Assembly: GCA_965219095.1 (NCBI GenBank)
Contig: OZ244719.1
Location: 352,001-416,000, forward strand
Length of the DNA stretch: 64,000 nucleotides
Source of the DNA: Bdellovibrionales bacterium
GTDB taxonomy: Bacteria > Bdellovibrionota > Bdellovibrionia > Bdellovibrionales > UBA1609
Reading direction: 5' to 3'
The notes below the pieces were generated by a model. The model saw only the letters and a program-made list of their open reading frames with translations. It was not told where the DNA came from and made no database searches. Of this stretch, positions 1-10,250 are shown piece after piece. The position numbers and the translations under genes are program-made. Position 1 is the first letter of the stretch. Every line of letters starts with the position of its first letter.

Positions 1-114
1 ATATATTATAGTTGCCTTATCCCTAAAAGAGATGTAGTAGACTCAGAGTACACGATACTGTATTAACCTTAAGTTAAGAGCAGTAAAAAGTAAAACAAAA
101 ACAAAGGAGGCTTT

Positions 115-777
115 ATGAAAAAAATTCTAATAACTATGGGCTTATTTTTAGGCACTATAATCAGTAATCCAGACAAAACACTTGCAAACTTTATATTCTC
201 ACCAACTTTACATTCTCACCCTCACCATGGAGCAGTTAGATCAGTGGTGACTCACTATAAAGTCACTATATCTTACTCTCTTGTTGAGCACAATCTTTGG
301 CTTCAAAACTTATATAGAACATCTTCTGGAAAGGGAAAATATCAAACATTAAAAAATGGAGAGATTCTAGAAGGACATGAAACTCACCTAGAAGGAGAAA
401 ATTTAAAAGGGGAACCTTATCATCTTCAACTTCAGCCCGAAAAGAATCAGATCACTTATGTAGTAAAAGAACATAACATGAGTCTGACTATACCAGCTAC
501 TTTTTCTGAAGGTACTTTTACTGTTAAAGGCAAAGATGTTTCATCTGTTTTTTCGAAATTCATGGAATCAACAGATGATGTAAAAAACTTAAGAAATATG
601 GATAACTATGACGATGGTTTTTTTCTTAAGTGGGGTACAACAAAAGATCAAATTGAGAGTCTATCTGCAAATATGAAAGCAAATCTTTCTGATATGGTTT
701 GTTCTTTACAAACAAGAATGTGCCAAATAGCTCACATGAGTATAAATACCTCAATTGATTTTTATTGGCCTAAATAA
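115..777 (+). CDS. Hypothetical secreted protein with His-rich N-terminus (copy 1)
   Basis: ORF with AAGGAGG RBS, signal-peptide-like MKKILITMGLFLG, HSHPHH motif; near-identical to 3366..4031. Confidence 0.8.
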   Translation: MKKILITMGLFLGTIISNPDKTLANFIFSPTLHSHPHHGAVRSVVTHYKVTISYSLVEHNLWLQNLYRTSSGKGKYQTLKNGEILEGHETHLEGENLKGEPYHLQLQPEKNQITYVVKEHNMSLTIPATFSEGTFTVKGKDVSSVFSKFMESTDDVKNLRNMDNYDDGFFLKWGTTKDQIESLSANMKANLSDMVCSLQTRMCQIAHMSINTSIDFYWPK

Positions 778-1077
778 GATTGAGAAAAAAGCTTAGTTCT
801 TTACTTAAATTGTAATTGGTATTACTTTTAAAAGCAGGGCAAACTCAGGAGATTATAAGGAAGCTCAATCCAATAAGATGTGCATTCCAAGTTATAAAAG
901 AATCAACAAAAGAAAGTTTCAAAAAAAGATTCTGAATCACTTCTAAAAAAATAAGAAAAAAAGATATCACGAGCACACTTTTTAAGGCTGATTTTTTAAG
1001 CTTTCCTCCTTTAATTTGAGAATCAAATCTTAGCCTTAAACTAGCTCCTGCTAATAAAGGAATCATAAGGTTAAAAA

Positions 1078-2768
1078 CCTAAATTCCACGCTAAAAATGA
1101 TCACTACATTGCTCTAACATAAGATAAGTTCCATAAGATGGAAGTTTTCCAGTAAAAATGGGCTTATTGCCCTTTTTTTCTGTGAAAAGCTCTTGCCCTT
1201 CTATTTTTAAGTAGTTACCATAATGGTAACTACTATGAGTTTTATAAAGAAGATTAAAAGAGGAGGCAGCACTTATTTAGCAGAGGTGAAAAATGTCCGG
1301 GTCAAGGGCAAGGTCGTACAGAAGTACTTGAGATATCTTGGAAAGGAGGTGAATCATAAGCGTGTTATCTCTATATCTTCCGAGAACATTCAATTCGATA
1401 AAGTTAAGATCAGTGGTCCCTTGATTGTTCTTCATGCCCTTGCGAAGAAAGTTGGTCTTCCCGAAGTTCTTGGCAATTATTCAGATGAAATACTAAGTAT
1501 GGTCTATGCTCATTGCTTGGATTACAGAAGCGTCAATAATATGCCATCATGGTATGAACGAACAGATTTAAACAGCATTTTAAACTTAGATGGGCTGACT
1601 GAAAGAAGGCTTTTTTCAGCTCTCGATCAGCTTAACGAATCTAAAGCTCCATCTTTGCAGAAACGTATTTTTGAAAATGTTAAAAAAGAATACAAGTTAT
1701 CATCTAATAAAATTGTCTATGATGTTACTAACACTTATTTTTATGGGAGTAAATGTCAACTAGGTAACCCAGGGTACAGCAAAGATGGGAAAAGGAAGAG
1801 TCCTCTGATTCAGATAGGTCTTGCTGTAACTCAAGAAGAAGGGATTCCTGTTTTTCACAAGACCTTTAAGGGTAACATTCACGATAGCAGGACATTGACG
1901 GCACTTGTTAATAGTTTTTCAGAATACAATCTTCGTTCTGGCCTATTGGTGTATGATCGAGGTATAGCATCGTCTAAAAACCTTTCTCACATAGGGGAAT
2001 TGGGTTGGAATACATTGTGCGGAATTCCTATGAGAGAGGTTGAGAAGAAGACAGTACGAAATTTTTTAAAGTCCGGTTCTATAGTAAACGTTTCAAATAG
2101 GGTAATTTTGAACAAGAATACTTTTTACGTTAAAAGCATGAATTATACATTTGGCCAAGTTAAAGGAAAACTGGCAATCTGCTACAACCATAAAAGAAAG
2201 GATGCAATTCGAGAGGCGAGATATGATGAGATAGTTGCTGCTCAAAACTGTCTATCTCAAAACAAGTCCATTAAGGAGGGGCTGAAAAAATATCTAACTC
2301 CCACAGGAAAGATCAGGGATCGGGAGCTGAAAAAAGCAGAAGAATTTGATGGGTACTCCTGTATATTTTCTACAAAGAATATTTCTGGTAAAGATATGGT
2401 CAAACTTTATTTTGATAAAGATGTCGTAGAAAGAGCTTTCAGAATTTTAAAAGGAGTTACAAATTTAAATCCTGTGCGACACTGGCTTTGCAACAGAGTA
2501 GTGGCTCATGTTTTTATTTGTTATTTATCTTATCTTCTGCTTTCCGTATTAAAGTTACATCTCTACAATTTGGATATTTCGCCAATTCAAGCATTAAAAG
2601 AGCTAGAGAACCTGTACAAAGTTTATTTTTCTGATAAAAAGAAAAAAATTCAAATGTCTCGAACAGTTGCTCTAAGCAAAATTCAAGAAAATATCATAAA
2701 GGCTATTGATAAAAAACTTCTCAGAGAAATGAAAACCAGTAGTGATCATTTTTAGCGTGGAATTTGGG
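1078..2768 (+). mobile_element. IS1634-family element A
   Basis: TIR CC(T/C)AAATTCCACGCTAAAAATGATCACTA at both ends; flanking TTAAAAA duplication at 1071-1077 and 2769-2775. Confidence 0.9.
1223..2755 (+). CDS. IS1634-family transposase
   Basis: YDVTNTYF, GYSKDGK, DRG, Y..K..VERAFR, PVRH..RV.AHVFIC motifs. Confidence 0.9.
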   Translation: MVTTMSFIKKIKRGGSTYLAEVKNVRVKGKVVQKYLRYLGKEVNHKRVISISSENIQFDKVKISGPLIVLHALAKKVGLPEVLGNYSDEILSMVYAHCLDYRSVNNMPSWYERTDLNSILNLDGLTERRLFSALDQLNESKAPSLQKRIFENVKKEYKLSSNKIVYDVTNTYFYGSKCQLGNPGYSKDGKRKSPLIQIGLAVTQEEGIPVFHKTFKGNIHDSRTLTALVNSFSEYNLRSGLLVYDRGIASSKNLSHIGELGWNTLCGIPMREVEKKTVRNFLKSGSIVNVSNRVILNKNTFYVKSMNYTFGQVKGKLAICYNHKRKDAIREARYDEIVAAQNCLSQNKSIKEGLKKYLTPTGKIRDRELKKAEEFDGYSCIFSTKNISGKDMVKLYFDKDVVERAFRILKGVTNLNPVRHWLCNRVVAHVFICYLSYLLLSVLKLHLYNLDISPIQALKELENLYKVYFSDKKKKIQMSRTVALSKIQENIIKAIDKKLLREMKTSSDHF

Positions 2769-3268
2769 TTAAAAAGTGTTAAAACTTGCCCTATAGAGAT
2801 CAAGCTGTTCCTAGGATGGCTTCCTACATAGGAAAAATGAACATTTCCCTGAAGCCATCCAATATAATGATTAGAAATCATAATAGAAACAGCATGCATT
2901 TAAGATAATCGATTCCAAACCTAGATTCCATGTTTTTACAGTTACATAATTTTTTTACGGTGTCTAATTAGGTTCTCAAGCTCTTTGCAGACTTTAGTAT
3001 TGTCAACGCTTTTCTATACTAGGGGGGGTGTCGTCAATTGATTTAATGTGCCTAACCTTGTTTTGTGAGAAAGGGAGAAAGATGTTTCTTTAAAAGCACA
3101 GAGCCCCTTTTTTTTTTAATATGAGCCTATGATTTAAATCACAGGCTCATATTTAACCTCTAAAATTGAAGCTCTCATAATATATCGCATAAAATATAGT
3201 GATCAGGATTTCGTGTAATTACTTGAAATCATTAGGTTTTTAAAAAGAAAAGCTGTGGTCGGGAAAAT

Positions 3269-4072
3269 ATATATTATAGTTGCCTTATCCCTAAAAGAGA
3301 TGTAATAGACTCAGAGTACACGATGTAAGAGCAGTGAAAAGTAAAACAAAAATAAAGGAGGCTTTATGAAAAAAATTCTAATAACTATGGGCTTATTTTT
3401 AGGCACTATAATCAGTAATCCAGACAAAACACTTGCAAACTTTATATTCTCACCAACTTCACATTCTCACCCACATTCTCACCATGGAGCGGTTAGATCA
3501 GTGGTGACTTACTATAAAGTCACTATATCTCACTCTCTTGTTGAGCACAATCTTTGGCTTCAAAACTTATATAGAACATCTTCTGGAAAGGAAAAATATC
3601 AAATATTAAAAAATGGAGAGATTCTAGAAGGACATGAAAGTCGCCTAGAAGGAGAAAATTTAAAAGAGGAACCTTATCATCTTCAACTTCAGCCCGAAAA
3701 GAATCAGATCACTTATATAGTAAAAGAACATAACATGAGTCTGACTATACCAGCTACTTTTTCTGAAGATACTTTTACTGTTAAAGGCAAAGATGTTTCA
3801 TCTGTTTTTTCGAAATTCATGGAATCAACATATGTAAAAAACTTAAGAAATATGGATAGCTATGACGATTATTTTTTTCTTAAGTGGGGTACAACAAAAG
3901 ATCAAATTGAGAGTCTATCTGCAAATATGAAAGGAAATCTTTCTGATATGGTTTGTTCTTTACAAACAAGAATGTGCCAAATAGCTCGCATGAGTATAAA
4001 TATCTCAATTGATTTTTATTGGCCTAAGTAAGATTAAGAAAAAAGCTTAGTTCTTTACTTAAATTGTAATTG
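3269..4072 (+). repeat. Second copy of an ~800-bp duplication (first copy 1..~817)
   Basis: Identity covers upstream region, ORF and about 40 bp downstream. Confidence 0.9.
3366..4031 (+). CDS. Hypothetical secreted protein with His-rich N-terminus (copy 2)
   Basis: Paralogue of 115..777; HSHPHSHH motif. Confidence 0.8.
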   Translation: MKKILITMGLFLGTIISNPDKTLANFIFSPTSHSHPHSHHGAVRSVVTYYKVTISHSLVEHNLWLQNLYRTSSGKEKYQILKNGEILEGHESRLEGENLKEEPYHLQLQPEKNQITYIVKEHNMSLTIPATFSEDTFTVKGKDVSSVFSKFMESTYVKNLRNMDSYDDYFFLKWGTTKDQIESLSANMKGNLSDMVCSLQTRMCQIARMSINISIDFYWPK

Positions 4073-4159
4073 TTCACGCCAATTAGTATAAAATGGCTCG
4101 TGAACTTTTGTAATTGTTCAGAATCATTAAAAAATTAAAAAGGAAATAATAAAATGAAC

Positions 4160-4195
4160 GCCTCCTCAAAAGAATCTATGGGTTCCCGGAGGTTC
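4160..4195 (-). repeat. Orphan ISL3 right-end fragment
   Basis: GCCTCCTCAAAAGAATCTATGGGTTCCCGGAGGTTC matches 4828 and 46359 ends. Confidence 0.8.
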
Positions 4196-4833
4196 CTTCA
4201 TTTTTTCCTCTGAACTCACTCTAAACAAACTAAGTGTGTGATAAGTTACTTGTAGTTTTATAAGAGGTTAGCTTTTGTACTTACTTTTGAAAGCCATGAT
4301 TTAATTGATTGTATTATTTCATGGCGACATCCTTTCTGGTGTTTTCTCATTTCCCTACTATATTACAAAGGCAGTAGTGCGAGCATTATTAATCCCATAG
4401 GCTTTAAACCAAGAGTCTTTGAAACTCATGATAAATAATTACGATGAAATTTTTGCCTTAAGAAATTCATAAATCTTAGTGTGTGAGAATGTGATTTTTA
4501 GATTGCAAGAATGTGGATTGTTGTATTGAGTCCGCCTCTTGAAATGTCGGCTATGACTTCTATCATTTGTCATAGATTTTTGAACAAGGCCTTTCAAAGC
4601 TATATGAGGCTTTCTTTAGTTGCTTTCCATAGCTTTCCTTTTTTCCCATTAAATTTAAGCCATTTGCACAAGTATCAGGACTTTTGACCTATATTTTTAG
4701 AATTTTAAACCTAAAAGCCTCAATAAGAAGGGCTTTTAGGTTTAAAGTTAAAAAGAGATGTTTGATCCTTTGAGCCAAATTTTCTTTGAGACACAAAAAA
4801 GGAGTGAACTGCAGCCTAAAAAAAAATGCCTCC

Positions 4834-5930
4834 TCAAAAGAATCTGTGGGTTCCCGGAGGTTCTGGCAGTTTTCCAAGGTTATGATATAAGGCGATTTTT
4901 ATAGCTTTAGAGGTTCTAAAGCCGTAAGATTTTCTCATAGTGAGTTTTACTTTGTTGTTTAAACCCTCTACAATCCCTGAGGAGAAGGTTTTTTTAGCCT
5001 TGAAGTAATTAAGAATAAGTAGCTTATGTCTTCGTATGGTTTTTGCTTTTCTTTTCATAGGTTCAATTTTTGAAAGCATGACTCGTCTCGTCCAACTGTC
5101 TATAAATTTACCAGCCCAAGTTGGTGAAACATAGGTCCATAACTGTCGGAAGTCTTCTTTTAAAAGATAACAGCGGATACTTTTTAAATTGTACTGTATT
5201 AAATGCCTTAATTTTACTTTTTCATAAGATTTTAAATTTTCTGCATTTTTTAACAAGGGCCATCTAGCTTTTGTTAAAAGGGGTTCATACCCATCTTCTT
5301 TATCTCTTTTGACTTCTCTCTTAGTAAATCAAAGAATTTTCTAAAACTCTTTTCTGTTCTTTTTTCTCCTATCCACAACAAGCGTACACGGGTTTTGCTT
5401 ATTTCATAGACTAAGGTGAGATACTGATGGTTCTTTTTCCATTGTATTTCATCTACACCTATAGCTTGTATTCCCTTTAAAACCCTTTGTTTTAAACCAT
5501 ATTCTACGACCCATTCTACCGAAGCATAGACCTGATTCCAACTGACATGAAACTTACAAGAAACCTCTTTCCAAGACAGGTGACGACACCAGTCTGCTAA
5601 ATACTTCATGTAAAAGATCGTTAAACTCTTCTTACCATCGGCCCAAGGTAAATGTTCAACTTTTACCCCACAGCAAGGACAATTAACTCTTCTTACAAAA
5701 TAAACAAAAAACACCCTGTAACTTAAAATAGGAAGGGATTCAAAGTCCCGTGATGATTTACTGCTGTCATACACTGAACAGGGCTTCTTACAAACACTAC
5801 AAAAAGCTTGGCCATTTTTACGAGCCTTAATAGGAACATTAATTGACTTTCTATCTTTTGAAAAATAAATGTCTCCGTATACAAAAGACTTCCATCTTAA
5901 ACAATCATTTAGTATAGTCTTCAAAAGCAT
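4834..5930 (-). pseudogene. ISL3 transposase, frameshifted by internal deletion
   Basis: ORFs 5274..5930 and 4834..5256 match N- and C-terminal parts of 46365..47612. Confidence 0.9.
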
Positions 5931-6125
5931 CTCTTCCCTCCTTTTTTTTTTTTTTGAATAACATTTTAAGGCATCTGGGAAGTAGGTGCTTCTTTTTTAA
6001 AATTTTAATGTAATACAGCAAATAAAAGAATGTTTTTGAGTTCAATCACCGGAGGTGATAGAGGCCAGTAAGGCCTCAAAGAACTCAAAAATACAAGATA
6101 GAATGTCTTACTCTTGCTTTGATTA

Positions 6126-7534
6126 ATACCAATTACAGAAATTAATTCGACATTTTTATGTTCAAATTTAAAATTTTAAAATTGACTTAAGGAAAAGTTT
6201 CAATTAGGAGGCTTTAAAAAAGTTTTTTTTGAAGGGAGGTTGAGTTTTCATAAGATATGTTTATTTTATGTATATCTATTGTTGTGTGAATCGATTGATG
6301 GGTTAAAATAAGTGTAAAAAAGTGAGGTTAAGATGTAAAATGAAAAAAATCAGTTACGCAATTTAATTTATAGGTTCAAATTAATTTACAAGCTTGATTC
6401 ATCTTGTTGTTTTGCCCAAGATCGAGTGCATAATTTTTTAATCCTGCCCTCCTGATCGCAAAAAGTATTCCAGGCCTCACAACAAGTATTCAGTATATGG
6501 TCATAGTTTTTAAAACATGCATTCGATAATTTGATCCTTCGTAATTGTTGCCAGACTTGTTCCATGGGATTTAATTCTGGACTATAAGGAGGTAAAGGCA
6601 TCAGGGATAAATTCTTAGGAACTATCAAAGTCTCTGTGGTATGCCAACTGGCTCTGTCCATTAAAACAATTCCATGATAGTTTTCTTGAATATTTTTAGA
6701 TATCTCATCTAAGTGAATTTGCATCATCCCTGAATTACATTCCGGTAAAATCCAAGCACAGCCTTTATCTTTATCCGGACAAACTGCTCCAAAAATATAA
6801 GTGGATAAAAATTGTCTTTGTCTCACAACTCTAGGTCGTGTGCCTTTTCTTGCCCAAATCCTGCTTAAAGAACCTTGCTGGCCTATTCTGCATTCATCCT
6901 GCCACCAAATCTCTATTTTATGAGTCTGAATCTTTTCCTTTATTTTCTCCACCTCTTCTGGAAAATGTTCCTTAAACTGTTCCATAGCTTCTTGTGAAGT
7001 TTTAGGATGAAGAGAACGACCACTGATCCATACAATATTAAGACGGTCTAAAAGAGCATAAACCCCAGAAAGAGAATAGCAACAGTCAAATTCATCTGCT
7101 AAAAGTTCCTGTATTCCCTTTGCTCCTATGCTTCCTCCTTCTCTTGTGTCTTGAATTTCATCTAACTTGATTTTGAAGTTCTCTTCTTCTGTCACTGGCA
7201 AACGGGGTTTACGTCCTCTGCCTTTTCGATCTATCAATCCCTCGTAATCAAAGTCTACAAAAGACTGTAACCAGGATTTGATACTGTGACGGTGATACAA
7301 AACCATACCTGCTGTTTCTTGAATCGATTTTCCTTTTTGCATATGGTGCAAAGCTTGAAGTTTTATCTTGATGTTGGCACTTCTTTCCACTTTGTAAGTA
7401 GCTAGAAAATCATACCCTTGAATCTGTGTAACTAAATCTTTTTTCGACATGACTCTAAAAATGTAGCAGAGTTTGATTAAAAAGCCAGGACGCTATGCGT
7501 TAAAAGAATGTCGAATTAATTTTTGGAAATGGTA
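6126..7534 (-). mobile_element. IS630-family element A, copy 1 (1409 bp)
   Basis: IRs TACCATTTCCAAAAATTAATTCGACA / ATACCAATTACAGAAATTAATTCGACA; TA duplication confirmed against the empty site in the intact ISL3. Confidence 0.92.
6386..7450 (-). CDS. IS630-family transposase
   Basis: QDE, MDRASWH, LPPYSPELNPME motifs. Confidence 0.92.
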   Translation of the reverse strand: MSKKDLVTQIQGYDFLATYKVERSANIKIKLQALHHMQKGKSIQETAGMVLYHRHSIKSWLQSFVDFDYEGLIDRKGRGRKPRLPVTEEENFKIKLDEIQDTREGGSIGAKGIQELLADEFDCCYSLSGVYALLDRLNIVWISGRSLHPKTSQEAMEQFKEHFPEEVEKIKEKIQTHKIEIWWQDECRIGQQGSLSRIWARKGTRPRVVRQRQFLSTYIFGAVCPDKDKGCAWILPECNSGMMQIHLDEISKNIQENYHGIVLMDRASWHTTETLIVPKNLSLMPLPPYSPELNPMEQVWQQLRRIKLSNACFKNYDHILNTCCEAWNTFCDQEGRIKKLCTRSWAKQQDESSL

Positions 7535-7595
7535 TAATATGAGCCTTTTTGGGGGATTTCTACTACTTTTCACCCACAGATTCCCGGGAGGAGCC

Positions 7596-8312
7596 ACTTT
7601 TTGTATTGTTTGCAAAAATGCTATGTGTGGAAAGTCAGCTCATGGGAAAAGAAAAAAGTATGGATACTACGAACACTCTTGGGCTACTAAAAAGGGTTCA
7701 ACTTTTGTGGCCAAGAGCTTTAAGTGTGAACCTCATAGAGTGCCTGCTACTAAGATAGAGGAAGCAGTGATTGATGATGCAAAAAGACTATTAGAGAACC
7801 CAGAGTTAGCTCAAACTATTGTTGATAAAGCAAAACAAATCCACTCTCAAAATGGAAAGCATCAAAAAATCAGAAATCTTCAGTCTAAAATGGCAGGCTA
7901 CAATAGCAATCTAGAAGCTCTCACTCAGAGGCTAGGAGAGCTTCCTAAAAATGTTCCAGCAACCCTGATCTATAAACAAATGGAAAAGCTTGAGGTGGCA
8001 AAAAAGAAAGCAAAGGAAGCTCTTATAGAATTAAAGGACACTAGAGGGTTTTCAGGAGATTTGCCTGTGGATTTTACTCATTATCAAAAATTCTTAAAAC
8101 TTGTAAAAGATGCTTTCAAAGAATCAGCAAAATCTGAAGAAAAAGCTAAGATTATCAAGAGGTTGGTTTACAAGGTCGAGGTGGGGTTAGATAGCATCAA
8201 GATTCACTACTACGCTGGCCAAGGGTTTTTAGGGGCTCTTGAAGAGTCCTTTAAAAATCTTGAAAAAAAGTGTTCGCATAGCTTGACTTCTGGTGCCCAA
8301 GGCCAGACTTGA
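7596..8312 (+). pseudogene. C-terminal part of a large serine recombinase (zinc ribbon plus coiled coil), 5' part lost at ISL3
   Basis: FCIVCKNAMCG..YGYY..C..RVPATKIEEAV motif, coiled coil, KIIKRLVYKVEV..IKIHY tail; abuts tRNA 3' end. Confidence 0.75.
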
Positions 8313-8380
8313 ACTGGCACGATTCGTAAGAATCCCAGGATTTTAAGTCCTGTGCGTCTACCAAATTCCGCCACTCGGGC
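8291..8380 (-). tRNA. tRNA-Leu(TAA)
   Basis: Acceptor GCCCGAG/CTTGGGC-ACCA, anticodon arm CAGGA-CTTAAAA-TCCTG, long variable arm, GTTCAA T-loop. Confidence 0.95.
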
Positions 8381-8432
8381 CACATACAGATCTTAAGTTT
8401 AGCCCAGAATAAATACAATGAAAAGTCTCAAA

Positions 8433-9614
8433 TTATCGGAAAGCTGGAAAGCCTGTTATATCCTGGCCTACAACCAAACGATGTATGTCTTCTGTTCCTT
8501 CATAAGTGTTTACTGTTTCAAGATTGAGCATATGACGAATAACAGGGTACTCATCAATAATACCATTAGCTCCTAACATATCCCGAGCATTCCGAGCTAT
8601 ACCCAAAGCCATACGACAGTTATTCATTTTAACTAAAGAGACTTGCGAAGGTTTCATGTCTTTTTTTTCCTTAAGTCTCCCTAATTGAAGAACTAAAAAT
8701 TGAGCTTTTGTGAGTTCTTGAACCATTTCCACAAGCTTCGCTTGGGCTAACTGATAACTTGCTAAGGGTTTTTGATCAAAAATAGTTCTTTTAAGTGCAT
8801 AGTTAAGGGCTTCATGGTAACAAGCATTCGCCGCCCCTATGACCCCCCAAGTGATTCCATATCGTGCTTGAGTTAAACAGGATAGAGGTGCTTTTAAACC
8901 TTGAGCTTTAGGTAAAAGGCTATTTTCCGGAACAATACAATCTTCCATATGAAGTTCTGATGTCACGCTCACTCGTAAGGAAAATTTTCCTTTCATTAAA
9001 GATGTGGAAAAACCTTGAGTGTCCGTAGTAACAATAAAACCTCTTATTTCGCCATCAAGTTTTGCCCACACAATAGCAATATCGGACAAACAGCCGTTTG
9101 TAATCCACATTTTATTGCCATTGAGTTTATAACCTTGAGAAACTTTCTCAGCACAAGTAAGTAAAGCTCCTGGATTTGAACCTGCATCAGGTTCTGTTAA
9201 CCCAAAGCAACCGATCACTTCACCTTTAGTTAAAAGAGGAAGATATTTCTCCTTCTGCTGTTCTGAACCAAAAGTATAAATACAATACATCACTAAAGCT
9301 CCTTGTACAGAGCAAAATGAACGTACACCCGAATCCCCTCTTTCCAACTCTTGCATCACAAGCCCATAAGCCACATCACCTAGACCAGGACAATCATAAC
9401 CTTTCAAATTAGATCCTAATAAACCCAACCTAGCAAAACGAGGAATCAAACTTTCAGGAAATTTTTCTTCCCTATGACAGCTTTTAAGAAGAGGTAAAAG
9501 CTCAGAACTTACAAAATCTCTTACAGTTTGTCGAATCATCTTCTCTTCTTCTGTAAGAAGTGTATCAAAAGCTAAATAATCAAGAGACTCATAAGGCACA
9601 AGTCTATTGTACAA
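8433..9614 (-). CDS. gcdH: Glutaryl-CoA dehydrogenase (acyl-CoA dehydrogenase family)
   Basis: GCFGLTEPDAGS, ELERGDSGVRS, NTYEGTEDIH motifs. Confidence 0.8.
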   Translation of the reverse strand: MYNRLVPYESLDYLAFDTLLTEEEKMIRQTVRDFVSSELLPLLKSCHREEKFPESLIPRFARLGLLGSNLKGYDCPGLGDVAYGLVMQELERGDSGVRSFCSVQGALVMYCIYTFGSEQQKEKYLPLLTKGEVIGCFGLTEPDAGSNPGALLTCAEKVSQGYKLNGNKMWITNGCLSDIAIVWAKLDGEIRGFIVTTDTQGFSTSLMKGKFSLRVSVTSELHMEDCIVPENSLLPKAQGLKAPLSCLTQARYGITWGVIGAANACYHEALNYALKRTIFDQKPLASYQLAQAKLVEMVQELTKAQFLVLQLGRLKEKKDMKPSQVSLVKMNNCRMALGIARNARDMLGANGIIDEYPVIRHMLNLETVNTYEGTEDIHRLVVGQDITGFPAFR

Positions 9615-9664
9615 GATAAAAAAGTTCCTTGTCCACCCCCCCCTAGGGTCTCAATAAAAATACC

Positions 9665-10003
9665 TTATTGAACAAAGCGACCGGCTTTATGCCATATGAT
9701 TTCAGCCTGTCTTTCTTCTTCAGAAGTGGCTTCTTGTTGCATGGAGTGTAAATTCGCAAGGATATTTTTTTGAGCTTTGTTCACAGCCTTATATAAATCT
9801 TTTGATATTCCCTCTGAAGAAAGGCTTGCTCCAGAACCTGTCAGATGAAAGTTCACAACATAGGATCTACCTACTTTTTTAATATCGACTAAAGCATTGG
9901 AATCTGAAAGAAAGAAATAAGAGAATTCATTGAGCATTTGATAAATATAAGCTCGCTCTTCTGGACCAAGTTGTCTTTTAAGCTGGCTTCTAATCGGACT
10001 CAT
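9665..10003 (-). CDS. Hypothetical protein, possibly HPF/RaiA-like fold
   Basis: RBS AAGGAG; DLYKAV..A..N helix resembles HPF-type proteins. Confidence 0.45.
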   Translation of the reverse strand: MSPIRSQLKRQLGPEERAYIYQMLNEFSYFFLSDSNALVDIKKVGRSYVVNFHLTGSGASLSSEGISKDLYKAVNKAQKNILANLHSMQQEATSEEERQAEIIWHKAGRFVQ

Positions 10004-10055
10004 TTTACTTCTCCTTACTTTAATTTTAATATGGATCGGAAAAAAAGTCTGTCAA

Positions 10056-10225
10056 TATCTCAAAATGAGACATATTTTTATCAAACCTACTAAAGTAAAG
10101 AGACATTTTTTGGCACTGTCTAATTTTTAGACATTATAAAATTTTTATAAAAAAAAGGGAATTCCCTATAAACTTCTTAAATTTCAGTAAGTTACAAAAT
10201 CTTTGATTTTTGGCATGCTTTTAGC
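10056..10225 (+). promoter_or_regulatory. Sigma54-type promoter with upstream palindromes
   Basis: TGGCATGCTTTTAGC (GG-N10-GC) at 10211-10225; palindromes TATCTCAAAATGAGACA 10056-10072 and TGTCTAATTTTTAGACA 10117-10133. Confidence 0.6.
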
Positions 10226-10250
10226 ATAAAGAAAAGTAAGGAAGGGATTT

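Larger units (their letters stand above)
845..2899 (-). pseudogene. Membrane protein (possibly degenerate rhomboid-like) split by IS1634
   Basis: Removing the IS and one TSD joins ...QVLTLF to NLMIPLLAGAS... in frame; GAS and AHLIG motifs, hydrophobic segments. Confidence 0.4.
4828..7595 (-). mobile_element. ISL3 element, internally deleted and interrupted by IS630
   Basis: Same termini as 46359..47880; about 150-bp deletion near 5300; IS630 in leader; flanks do not form a TSD. Confidence 0.9.

Noticed and set aside
3200..3268. att site with IHF-like box and TGGTCGGG tRNA-like end
   Set aside because: Match too short and does not correspond to either tRNA in the window
7473..7595. N-terminus MIKKPGRYALKEC of ORFs 7473 and 23959 as a shared domain
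   Set aside because: Read-through from the IS630 left end (and ISL3 end); chimeric artefact
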